Below are positions 38,562 to 47,293 of a stretch of 64,000 bases of DNA, in pieces (the first letter of the stretch is position 1; the number at the start of each line of letters is the position of its first letter). The translations under genes were made by a program, and so were the position numbers. Source of the stretch: Patescibacteria group bacterium. GTDB taxonomy: Bacteria > Patescibacteriota > Dojkabacteria > GCA-002793355. The stretch spans positions 856,040-920,039 of the forward strand of contig BOKM01000001.1 in the NCBI GenBank assembly GCA_016860985.1, read 5' to 3'. The notes under the pieces were generated by a model. It saw only the letters and a list, made by a program, of their open reading frames with translations. It had not been told where the DNA came from and did not search any database.

Positions 38562-39959
38562 ATGAACAAACGAACAAAAATAGTATGTACCATTGGCCCA
38601 GCGTCATGGGACCCCTCTGTAATGAGAGCAATGATTGAAAACGGGATGGATTGTGCCCGAGTAAACGGTGCTTTTGCTGATCCAGCCGAGATGGACAAGG
38701 TTAAGGAATTAGTAAGAGCAGTATCTCAAGAGGTATCTCTGATGCTTGACGTCAAAGGCCCCGAAGTCCGACTCAACAAGTTCCCAGAACCGATTAAGCT
38801 CGCTCCAGGTATGCACCTTTCAATTGGGAGTACGCCAACTGATCCACTCTACCCTGCCAATTACCCGCATCTGTACAAATTCGTTCAAGCAGGACAGAAA
38901 ATTCTTGTAGGAGATGGAGATGTTGAGTTGGTTGTAAAAGAGGTCACAAACGGTTTTTTGCACTGTGAAGTTGTATTTGGAGATATCTTAAAGCCAGGAA
39001 AAGCACTGAACCTACCAGGTTGTACCTACACGACCGATGTGTTAACTGAGAAGGATAAGGAGAATTTACGACATGCTATTGTGACCGGTTGGGACTTTGT
39101 TTCACCTTCGTTTATCCAAGATAAAGAGTCTGCCTTGCAGGTAAGAGCGTTTCTTAAAGGTTCCGATATGAAGATAATTGCAAAGATTGAAAATCAAGTT
39201 GGTATCGACAACATTGATGAGATTCTCGAAGTCGTTGATGGGATTATGGTCGCCAGAGGTGGTTTAGGCGTTGAGCTCGGTCTTGGAAAAGTTCCTTTGG
39301 TGCAGCGATTGTTGATTGAAAAAGCAAATGAGGCCGGAAAGCCTGTGATAACTGCTACGCAAATGCTCGAATCAATGATTACAAACCCAAGCCCTACTCG
39401 AGCAGAAGCAAACGATATTGCAACTGCAATTCTAAGCGGAACCGACGCAATCATGTTGTCGGGAGAAAGCTCTGCCGGAAAGTACCCCGCAGAAGCGGTT
39501 GCCTTTATGAGTAAAACAGCAGGTGAGATTGAACAATCTATCGAACCCAAAATCATAACTAAACGAGCTTTAGATGCATCGATTTCTGCAGATGCAATTA
39601 CTAAGGCAGCTGCCTCTTTGTGTATTGAAATGTCAAAAGACATTGACAAAGTTTTGGTCGTTTCAAAAACTGGTCGTACTGCACGATTACTTGCCCGACA
39701 TAATATCACGCAACCTATCTTTGCTTTCGTAGCCTCGGAGGTATCTGCCCGTACGCTACTGTTGAGTAAAGGCATTATGAAAACATTTGTGCAACCACCT
39801 TCGTTAGAGGCCAGAGATTCGGCAGTTATGCAAATAGTAGAACGTGCAAAACAGGAGGGGCTTGTGGCAGTGAACGAACGCGTTTTGTTGCTGTGCAAAA
39901 CTCCAATCGATGGTGAACACTACTTCCCAAATGTATTCGAAATCATTGAGGTAAAATAA
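38562..39959 (+). CDS. pyk: Pyruvate kinase
   Basis: RTKIVCTIGPAS, DVKGPEVR, IIAKIEN, DGIMVARG, ATQMLESM, PTRAEAND, MLSGES. Confidence 0.97.
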   Translation: MNKRTKIVCTIGPASWDPSVMRAMIENGMDCARVNGAFADPAEMDKVKELVRAVSQEVSLMLDVKGPEVRLNKFPEPIKLAPGMHLSIGSTPTDPLYPANYPHLYKFVQAGQKILVGDGDVELVVKEVTNGFLHCEVVFGDILKPGKALNLPGCTYTTDVLTEKDKENLRHAIVTGWDFVSPSFIQDKESALQVRAFLKGSDMKIIAKIENQVGIDNIDEILEVVDGIMVARGGLGVELGLGKVPLVQRLLIEKANEAGKPVITATQMLESMITNPSPTRAEANDIATAILSGTDAIMLSGESSAGKYPAEAVAFMSKTAGEIEQSIEPKIITKRALDASISADAITKAAASLCIEMSKDIDKVLVVSKTGRTARLLARHNITQPIFAFVASEVSARTLLLSKGIMKTFVQPPSLEARDSAVMQIVERAKQEGLVAVNERVLLLCKTPIDGEHYFPNVFEIIEVK

Positions 39960-40024
39960 TCGAGAGTGTCAGGCCTGTTCTACACATTTTCGATATATTT
40001 TATGAAAAAGGTGTAAAATACTGC

Positions 40025-40675
40025 ATGGGTGAACCTGTTGCTGCAGAAGTCGAATCACGTATGCCGTATCGGTCATTTGATGTGGCGGTTGCCGTACGAG
40101 AGGGTGCTCAAGAGTATACTTTAACCCCAAACGAATCGAATTTACCACAAGGTGTCGATATCTTTACAGAAGGGCTTATGAACGTTGCGACGTTGCTTCG
40201 TGCAGACACAGGGTACAAAACAACTGGAACTCGCGAAGTTTATGATATTCCTTGGCAAACACGTCAACTCTATTCTCTATTTGTAAGCCCCTCCGAAGAT
40301 GCGTTTAAAAAGGCAACTTCAATTCCAGCTGAAGCGCATGTGGCGCTCAAGCAAATAAGAGTTATAACCTTAGATAAAGAATTTGGAGATAGAACCGACC
40401 ATGTGGGAGACCGTGCCTCTATTGAATGTGACATCGAAATCGAAGGTAAACCGACACACGTAACGATACGATTATCACAAAAAGCAATTCACGAAGAATC
40501 TGAGACGCATGATTTAGCCCAAAACACTGTTCAGGGTTTCTTTGACCGAACCGGCGAGCTGCGCAGGGGTGTGCGTATGGTTTCGGGGCTTGTTGTGTGG
40601 GATATGTCTGTTGAGTTAAAAGATATGTCAATTCCCGCCCCAAAGAGAAGGCTTTTAAGATTTGGAAATACATAA
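40025..40675 (+). CDS. Hypothetical protein
   Basis: 216-aa ORF; TAAAAT 5 nt before the ATG; first gene before rsmI and pyrH. Confidence 0.7.
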   Translation: MGEPVAAEVESRMPYRSFDVAVAVREGAQEYTLTPNESNLPQGVDIFTEGLMNVATLLRADTGYKTTGTREVYDIPWQTRQLYSLFVSPSEDAFKKATSIPAEAHVALKQIRVITLDKEFGDRTDHVGDRASIECDIEIEGKPTHVTIRLSQKAIHEESETHDLAQNTVQGFFDRTGELRRGVRMVSGLVVWDMSVELKDMSIPAPKRRLLRFGNT

Positions 40676-40679
40676 CGCT

Positions 40680-41438
40680 ATGGAAAAGGGCTGTTTGTAC
40701 ATGATTGCAACTCCGATTGGAAACTTGGGTGATATATCGCAACGCGCATTAGACATTATTGAGCAATGTGATTATCTTGTGTCAGAAAATCCGTCAACAA
40801 CAAAAAAATTATTAACAAAATACGGAATAAGCAAACCTGTTCGTTGGTATCGCGAGAGTAATCATAAAGGTATGAGTCCTTTGATTATTGAGGACATTTT
40901 GTACAAGCACCTTCATGTTGGTGTGGTATCCGAAGCGGGAACACCGGTTGTTTCGGACCCAGGGGCAAAGCTCCTCTCCGACGCCTATTCAAAAGGAGTA
41001 ACGGTAATACCAATTCCAGGAGCGTCTTCGGTTACGACTGCGATTAGTGCGTTTCCTGTTGCAAGTTCCAAATTTCTATTTTGGGGATTTGCACCACGTA
41101 AAGAAGGAGAATTCAAACGCTCTATAACTGAGCAACTATCCTTTCTTGTAAAAGAAAAGGTAGCAATAGTCTATTTTGAGTCGCCGTTTCGACTAAAGAA
41201 AACACTTGGTTACTTATCTTCATTGGCTGCTGAGTTACTGGATAAAGATCTCGAATTAAAAGTAGGGCTTGGAAAAGAAATGACAAAGTTGTTTGAGCAC
41301 TACACTTTTGATACCCCCGAGGGTATATTAAATGCCGAAAATCGGGAGTTCAAACTAGATAAAGGTGAATCGACTCTTGTGATTGTCGTAAAAAAAAGGC
41401 ATACTGAACGTAATGAGCAGCCCCTGGACGATAATTAA
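40680..41438 (+). CDS. rsmI: 16S rRNA (cytidine1402-2'-O)-methyltransferase
   Basis: LYMIATPIGNLGDISQRA, VSEAGTPVVSDPG, PIPGAS, FESPFRL, KEMTKLFE, KGE. Confidence 0.94.
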   Translation: MEKGCLYMIATPIGNLGDISQRALDIIEQCDYLVSENPSTTKKLLTKYGISKPVRWYRESNHKGMSPLIIEDILYKHLHVGVVSEAGTPVVSDPGAKLLSDAYSKGVTVIPIPGASSVTTAISAFPVASSKFLFWGFAPRKEGEFKRSITEQLSFLVKEKVAIVYFESPFRLKKTLGYLSSLAAELLDKDLELKVGLGKEMTKLFEHYTFDTPEGILNAENREFKLDKGESTLVIVVKKRHTERNEQPLDDN

Positions 41439-42192
41439 ACTTGGAGGATCACTTCTCTCCCCATACGAAACCGCATCAAAATCGTTGCAGATTGGTCAAT
41501 TGCCCTTTGATTTAGCATATACCAACGAATTATTAGACGAGTTAAAACGTGTAGGAAAAAAGTGTGTACTAGTTGTTGGTGGTGGGTTTCTCAATCGATG
41601 GTATCTACAATAATTTAAAGAACTTAAGCTTCAAAAGCCCGAAACCGTTACCGATTTTCACATGGTTGGTATGGCTGCTTCTGATATCAACGCAACGCTT
41701 TTTCGAATGTTCTCTGCCGAAAAATTAGGTTACAAGAACGTTTTTCCATATGTGGTTAAGTACCAAGACTACGAGAATTTGGCCTCTCTCCGGTCTGAGT
41801 TCGAAAAATATCAACTCGTAATTGCTGCAGGTTGGAAACCGGGGCATAGCCACGATGTCGACGCACTGATGTTTGCTTCGCTTTTTGGAGTTGCTTCTGT
41901 GTATAGCTTTAAAAACATTGATGGTATTTATACGGGTGACCCTCGAAAATCGGCAACCGCAGCTAAAAAGAAAACGCTGACGTGGGAAATGTACCGAAAT
42001 ATTATTAAAGAAACCACACATGTTCCTGGGGCAAGTTTTCCCATTGATGCAGTGGCTGCACAACTTGCAGAGCGCATGGGTATAGGGTTTGTGGTAATTG
42101 ACGGACGAGACACTCGCGCAGTTAGGGAATTAATGTCAGAGGGGCTTACCACTCGTGGTTCAACTATCTTGCCAACAGTAGCGCATTCATAG
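41413..42192 (+). pseudogene. pyrH: UMP kinase (archaeal-like) with one in-frame TAA at 41611-41613
   Basis: IIKLGGS, VVGGG..RWYLQ*FKEL..HMVGMAA..INA, AGWKPGHSHDVDA, NIDGIYTGDPRK, PGASFPIDAVAA; both halves share a frame (offset 249 nt). Confidence 0.88.
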
Positions 42193-42982
42193 CGGTATGT
42201 TGTAGAAGTTTTGCTACAGTTACGGGGCCAACTCCACCCGGAACAGGGCTATATGCTGTAAGGTATCCATTCGCAGCTGTTGTATCAAAATCACCAACAA
42301 TTTTTCCTTCACTATTTTTGCTAGTTCCAACATCAATAAGTATTGCACCTTGCTTTAGGTCCTGTGCGTTATAAATATGGGGCTTACCAACACAACTGAT
42401 AACGATATCTGCCCTTTTTAAATGTTCAGGCTTGTTTGGTGTCGATTCATCAATTACCTTATAGTGTGTTAGTCCTTTTTTATTGAGTAGATGCGCAACC
42501 GAACCACCGACGTAAGGTGATGAACCAATTACGGTTATATGCTTGTCTTTCAATTTCTCTTTTTCAAGCAGTTCCCAAACTGCAGCTGCAACCGCGGTTG
42601 GGTAAGGTGAGCTCTGAAGAAGCAGGCCATCAACATCGAGATTCTTCGGAATCAATTTGAGTATTCGTTCGCTAGAAAAGCCACTTGGAAGTGGCAATTG
42701 AATCATAATTCCATCAACACTGTTTTTTATTGAGGAAATGTGTTCGCTAATTACTCTCATTACTTCTTCTTCGTTTGTTATTGGGATTTGATAAATATCA
42801 ACTTGAATTCCGATTGCTATGCCCTTCTTTTGCTTCAACGAAACAAAAAGTGAAGAGGCATCATTATTCCCTACCTGAATAATTGATAATCGAGGCGAGA
42901 GTTTGTTTATAGAAATAAGCTCTTTTGTTTGCTGCAAAATTGTTGTTGCATGTAGAGTTCCGTCTATTCGTCTGGTTAACAT
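42164..42982 (-). CDS. folD: Bifunctional methylenetetrahydrofolate dehydrogenase/cyclohydrolase
   Basis: QVGNNDAS, DGIMIQLPLP, DVDG, ADIVISCVGKP, IDVG, GDFD, SPVPGGVGPVTVA. Confidence 0.94.
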   Translation of the reverse strand: MLTRRIDGTLHATTILQQTKELISINKLSPRLSIIQVGNNDASSLFVSLKQKKGIAIGIQVDIYQIPITNEEEVMRVISEHISSIKNSVDGIMIQLPLPSGFSSERILKLIPKNLDVDGLLLQSSPYPTAVAAAVWELLEKEKLKDKHITVIGSSPYVGGSVAHLLNKKGLTHYKVIDESTPNKPEHLKRADIVISCVGKPHIYNAQDLKQGAILIDVGTSKNSEGKIVGDFDTTAANGYLTAYSPVPGGVGPVTVAKLLQHTAMNALLLAR

Positions 42983-42996
42983 CTCTTTTACACGTA

Positions 42997-44349
42997 CTAT
43001 TTAATTTCGAGCCAATCTTTTGTCATTCTGGGAATATTGCGGAGAACAAATTCGGGGTCCTTGTTTGCGCATAACTCTTTGACTGCATATTCCAAGAAAA
43101 CAGTATTTTGACTTCCCTCAAATAATACTACACTTTGAGGTTCAATAACTTCGAGTATATGAAAACTGAGCTGCTTGCCGTTTTCAAACCAGTAGAGATT
43201 TTCATTAAGCGTTTTACCTGCCTGTTCTGCAGCCGGAATACCAAAATTCTTCATGTTTGAATTGGTAAGAATCAGAATATCTGAGGCCTTTGCTGCAGCG
43301 GTAACAACACGTTCGTATTCTTGTTTCTCAATCGTTCCTAATTCACGTAAGTCGCCAAGTACAATAATTTTCTTTCGTCTTCCTTTTCTTGCGACTTCTT
43401 TACAAACAGAAAAGAGTTCGACTGCAGCCATTGGATTTGCGTTATAAGAGGAGTCAATAATGATCGAGTTTTCCAATCCTGGAAGTAGTGTTGAGCGTCC
43501 TGGATCAGGGGCATAGTTTTCTGGCAATTTCGCGAGTGAAGTTCGTAAATCTTTTTTTAGAAGCGACAATATTCGCGTCGCGATTGTAATAGTCATCTTT
43601 GCAGCGCTAGGTAACACGATATTGGGAATAAAAGTTGAAATCTTTCCTTTTGATGTATTAACAGCAAAGGAGATCCCTTCTGAGGTGTTTTCCCATTCCG
43701 CTATGGTGTTTTCGACGTCTTTGTTAGTAATAACCGTCATATGTTTTAACGATTCTGTTGAGATGTAGGCTGCGGCTTGTTGTGTGACCAAGGCATTGTT
43801 CGTTTGGGGAATCGAGGAAAGAAGTTTCGCTTTTTCTAATGCAATCGTTTGGTTAACTTCGTGAAGTCTTGACTCACCGGTAATACTTGAAGAAATTGCA
43901 TTGTCAAACTGTGACCCGTGTACGGGTGATATTGAAAGTAATACGCCAATGTGAGGTTTAACGATACTTAATAGATATTCCATATTTTGAGGGGAATGCG
44001 GACTGTCTATTCCATATTCAATAACAAAGACATCGTAATGCTGATGCGAAAAAAGAATGGTCGAAATTCCCTTTAATAATACCAATGGATATTCCCACAT
44101 TCTGTAATGTCGAACAGGAATATTGAGAATTTCGTAAGGAATGCCTGTTTCGGAATTCCCTTTTTTGGTACTTTTAAGTCTTTCTTTATAGTGTGGTTTC
44201 AACATGCCTACGAGTAACTCCTTACTGGTTGTTTTTCCAGAAGACCCCGTAATACCGATAATAATAGCGTTCTTGTTCTTTCGAAGCTCGATTTTAGAAA
44301 GAAACCGTAGAGCTCGTAGATAGAAGGCTTTGGTCATCATTTTTATCAT
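42997..44349 (-). CDS. murF: Mur ligase (MurF-like)
   Basis: IGITGSSGKTTSKE, IEYGIDSP, PGR..L.G, IIDSSYNANP, VLGDLRELG, EGSQ. Confidence 0.85.
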   Translation of the reverse strand: MIKMMTKAFYLRALRFLSKIELRKNKNAIIIGITGSSGKTTSKELLVGMLKPHYKERLKSTKKGNSETGIPYEILNIPVRHYRMWEYPLVLLKGISTILFSHQHYDVFVIEYGIDSPHSPQNMEYLLSIVKPHIGVLLSISPVHGSQFDNAISSSITGESRLHEVNQTIALEKAKLLSSIPQTNNALVTQQAAAYISTESLKHMTVITNKDVENTIAEWENTSEGISFAVNTSKGKISTFIPNIVLPSAAKMTITIATRILSLLKKDLRTSLAKLPENYAPDPGRSTLLPGLENSIIIDSSYNANPMAAVELFSVCKEVARKGRRKKIIVLGDLRELGTIEKQEYERVVTAAAKASDILILTNSNMKNFGIPAAEQAGKTLNENLYWFENGKQLSFHILEVIEPQSVVLFEGSQNTVFLEYAVKELCANKDPEFVLRNIPRMTKDWLEIK

Positions 44350-44464
44350 AGTGCAAACGTATTATACCATTTTTTCGGTAATTTTTGATTTTCACCCTGT
44401 AAAACTTGTGATAGTATAGGTATGTGGCATGCAGTAACTCGCCATTAAACTATTACACAAATAC

Positions 44465-46648
44465 ATGAAAACAGATTTATTTTGGGGAGCGTCATTTCTT
44501 CTAGGTTTTCTGTTCGCGTTCGCAGTACTACAAACCACTCCAGGTGTTGGTATCTTTTTAGGAGTAAATATGCTAGTTGCATGTTTGTGGTATTTTGGGC
44601 AAAAAAACGTCAAAGCAAAAGAATTAGCAGCAGATTCACGTAGCCAGCTCCTTCTTTATGTTTTAACCGGATTCTATGTACTTTTGACCTTTCCATATCT
44701 ATATCGACTTGATCTGGTTATTGTTGGTCTTCTTGTATTCTTTCATGTCAGCTTTTTGGTCGTGGGAGCGCTCTATTTCTCTTTCCCAGGTGCTCTAAAA
44801 TTAGTTGATATTCTTGGAGTTTGTTTGTCGCCACTCATTTTTGGCGTTACTTGGTTGATAGAATCAATCAAATCCTTTTTCGAGTTATTCAAAGAAAATG
44901 GGAATGTTGTTCGACTTGTGTTAAAAGTGATTCTTTATTCCGCTGCTTCCTTAATCATATTTATCCTTTTTGCAAAGCTACTTTCTGTTGCTGACTCTGA
45001 GTTCAAAACACGGATCGAAGCGATTCTAGAAATGCTTGATCTAATAGAGGTTATGCAACGAACAGCAGTTGCGGTTGTTATGTCTTTTGTCTCTGCGGGG
45101 TTATTGTCTTTGGTTGGCTATTCTAAGATTCTTCATTTTATTGGAATTACGACTGTGGAAAGAGCTGAAGAAATTGGCAAGAAACTCGATGCAACCCAAG
45201 AAGTCAGAAAGAGTGATGCCTTACTACCAGTTATTATTACTGTGCCTGTACTACTTTTGTTTGGATTTTATGTCTGGGTTCAATTTGAATATTTGTTCGG
45301 GCAAGATGTAACGTCGATTCTTACAAAATATTCATTTTCCGATTATGCACGAAGAGGATTTATTGAGTTGTTGGTAGTTGGAGGTTTAACTTATCCTCTA
45401 CTTGCCTGGTCTATGAGTCAGTCAAAGAGCAATTGGATTATGACTCGTGTAACCTCACTTGTGGTAAACACGGGGATTGTTGGTGCAATGATTGTTATGT
45501 TGTATTCGCTTATAGTCAGATTGAATCTTTATATGGGTGCATACGGACCTTCTGTTCTTCGATATTACGTGGTTATTGCCGCAGTGTTTATCGCAATTGC
45601 ATTACTCTCGTACGAAGTGTTTGCTATTTTTAAAGCTATCAAACCGAATGGCGCTCTCTTTCGTGGGCGGTTATTCTCTGATTACGTCGTCGTTGCGCTA
45701 CTTGTGTCACTTGGCTTACTCGGAACTATTGCAATTTACCCTTGGAATGCGCGCGTAATGTCAAAAATTACTGAGAATTACGAAAAGAATTCTAAAATTG
45801 ATATCGCGCAGGTAATCGAGATGCCTTTAGAGGTGGAAGATAAGGTCTTTGTGCTTGGTAAAACACTTGAAGCAGATGGGAACAAAGAGGCAGGCTTGCT
45901 CTTGCAAGCCCATGCTGTCAAAGAAATTGCTTCATATAAAGAATCGACTCAGGAATCAGTATTCTCGAGACTGTTTGGTACAAATCTTACAGGTCTTACG
46001 TTATCGAAGAGTGTTAATGTTACCCAAAAAGAGGAGCTTGCAAAAAGATTTGTTGATACGATGAATGAACGCATTTCCTTTGTTGCTAATGGCTACATAG
46101 ATGCAATTGTAAGAAACGATTTTACTGCGGCAAGAGCATTTTACGACAAAAATATGAAAGCAAACGATATTGCAGGATTCGCCCCATATGTGTGGGTAAA
46201 TCGCAAGGAAGACAGTCAAATGACATTCGATATGGTACGCAACGATTTGTTTGTAGAGAACTTCCTTTCTGGTGTAACTTCTACCAATTCATATAACTTA
46301 CTTCTTGTTTCTAGAAAACAAGATAATGCAACCGTAAGTGTTGACGAAACATCACTATCTCTCGTGTTTGCATTCAGAGACGCCCAAGTCGCAATAACTG
46401 ATAGTACGCTTATCCTCGCCTATTTACCTGATGCAATCTCTGCAGACGGATACAATTACGACATGTCGAGATATGGATATAAACAGTTCTGCAAAGTACC
46501 CACACTTGATGTTATTTTCTCAGAAAATATGGGGTGCAGTTCACAAGATGTAACAGGGGCCTACTACGAAACAAAACCAACAGATAATGGGTACTACCAA
46601 CCGATGGGAAGCTTTGTAAAATCAGATTTTGTCACTGAATCCAAATAG
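44465..46648 (+). CDS. DUF4173/DUF4153-like polytopic membrane protein with C-terminal soluble domain
   Basis: LLSVADSEF, VQFEYLFG, SDYARRGFIEL, RLNLYMGAYGPS.LR. Confidence 0.8.
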   Translation: MKTDLFWGASFLLGFLFAFAVLQTTPGVGIFLGVNMLVACLWYFGQKNVKAKELAADSRSQLLLYVLTGFYVLLTFPYLYRLDLVIVGLLVFFHVSFLVVGALYFSFPGALKLVDILGVCLSPLIFGVTWLIESIKSFFELFKENGNVVRLVLKVILYSAASLIIFILFAKLLSVADSEFKTRIEAILEMLDLIEVMQRTAVAVVMSFVSAGLLSLVGYSKILHFIGITTVERAEEIGKKLDATQEVRKSDALLPVIITVPVLLLFGFYVWVQFEYLFGQDVTSILTKYSFSDYARRGFIELLVVGGLTYPLLAWSMSQSKSNWIMTRVTSLVVNTGIVGAMIVMLYSLIVRLNLYMGAYGPSVLRYYVVIAAVFIAIALLSYEVFAIFKAIKPNGALFRGRLFSDYVVVALLVSLGLLGTIAIYPWNARVMSKITENYEKNSKIDIAQVIEMPLEVEDKVFVLGKTLEADGNKEAGLLLQAHAVKEIASYKESTQESVFSRLFGTNLTGLTLSKSVNVTQKEELAKRFVDTMNERISFVANGYIDAIVRNDFTAARAFYDKNMKANDIAGFAPYVWVNRKEDSQMTFDMVRNDLFVENFLSGVTSTNSYNLLLVSRKQDNATVSVDETSLSLVFAFRDAQVAITDSTLILAYLPDAISADGYNYDMSRYGYKQFCKVPTLDVIFSENMGCSSQDVTGAYYETKPTDNGYYQPMGSFVKSDFVTESK

Positions 46649-47293
46649 TAGATACGTGAGTACCTGTTTGGGCGAAACATTGCTTCTTAGATACTCACTG
46701 CATTTTTGTAAAAGTTGCAACTTCGATTGAGTATCACTGCCCTTTTGCAAGTGAATATAGAGCTCACTCAAAAATGTTTCTGCGGACTGTCTGGTCCATT
46801 CTTTTTTTTGTATATGAGCATAGCCTTGTAAGATATCTGTGTTCGCTTCCGTAAAGTAGGACAATGTTTCGCTTAATTCTCTCTCCTTATTGCCCTGAAG
46901 TGAGCCCCCGAGATATTTTACGGTAGCTCTCGAGCGAATAGTAGGTAGCAAAGAGTTTTCGTCGACAACTGCCAAAATGTAATGTACCGTTTTGGGGTGG
47001 TCTTCTAACTCCTTAAGCATGGCATTCTGCGCCTCGGGGGTAGTTTTCTCAAACCCAAGAATTATCCCAAGATGAAGCGGTGCCTTAAAGGGCTTTTTGT
47101 GTAGAATTCGAGTAAATGCGCGTATATCAGCGATCCCAATCGACTCTTGTTCGTAGCCATTGAGCAAGTGAACGTCCGGATGCACGCACTCTTCTATATT
47201 GGTTACATCTAGACTCTCAATCCGTTCACGTATCATTAACGACAATTCGTTCTTAATTACGTCAAGGTCATTCCCAATTATTAGAAATGTCAT
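46622..47293 (-). CDS. holB: DNA polymerase III delta' subunit (short form)
   Basis: HPDVHLL, IGIADIR, TPEAQNAMLKELEDHP, LLPTIRSR. Confidence 0.85.
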   Translation of the reverse strand: MTFLIIGNDLDVIKNELSLMIRERIESLDVTNIEECVHPDVHLLNGYEQESIGIADIRAFTRILHKKPFKAPLHLGIILGFEKTTPEAQNAMLKELEDHPKTVHYILAVVDENSLLPTIRSRATVKYLGGSLQGNKERELSETLSYFTEANTDILQGYAHIQKKEWTRQSAETFLSELYIHLQKGSDTQSKLQLLQKCSEYLRSNVSPKQVLTYLLFGFSDKI

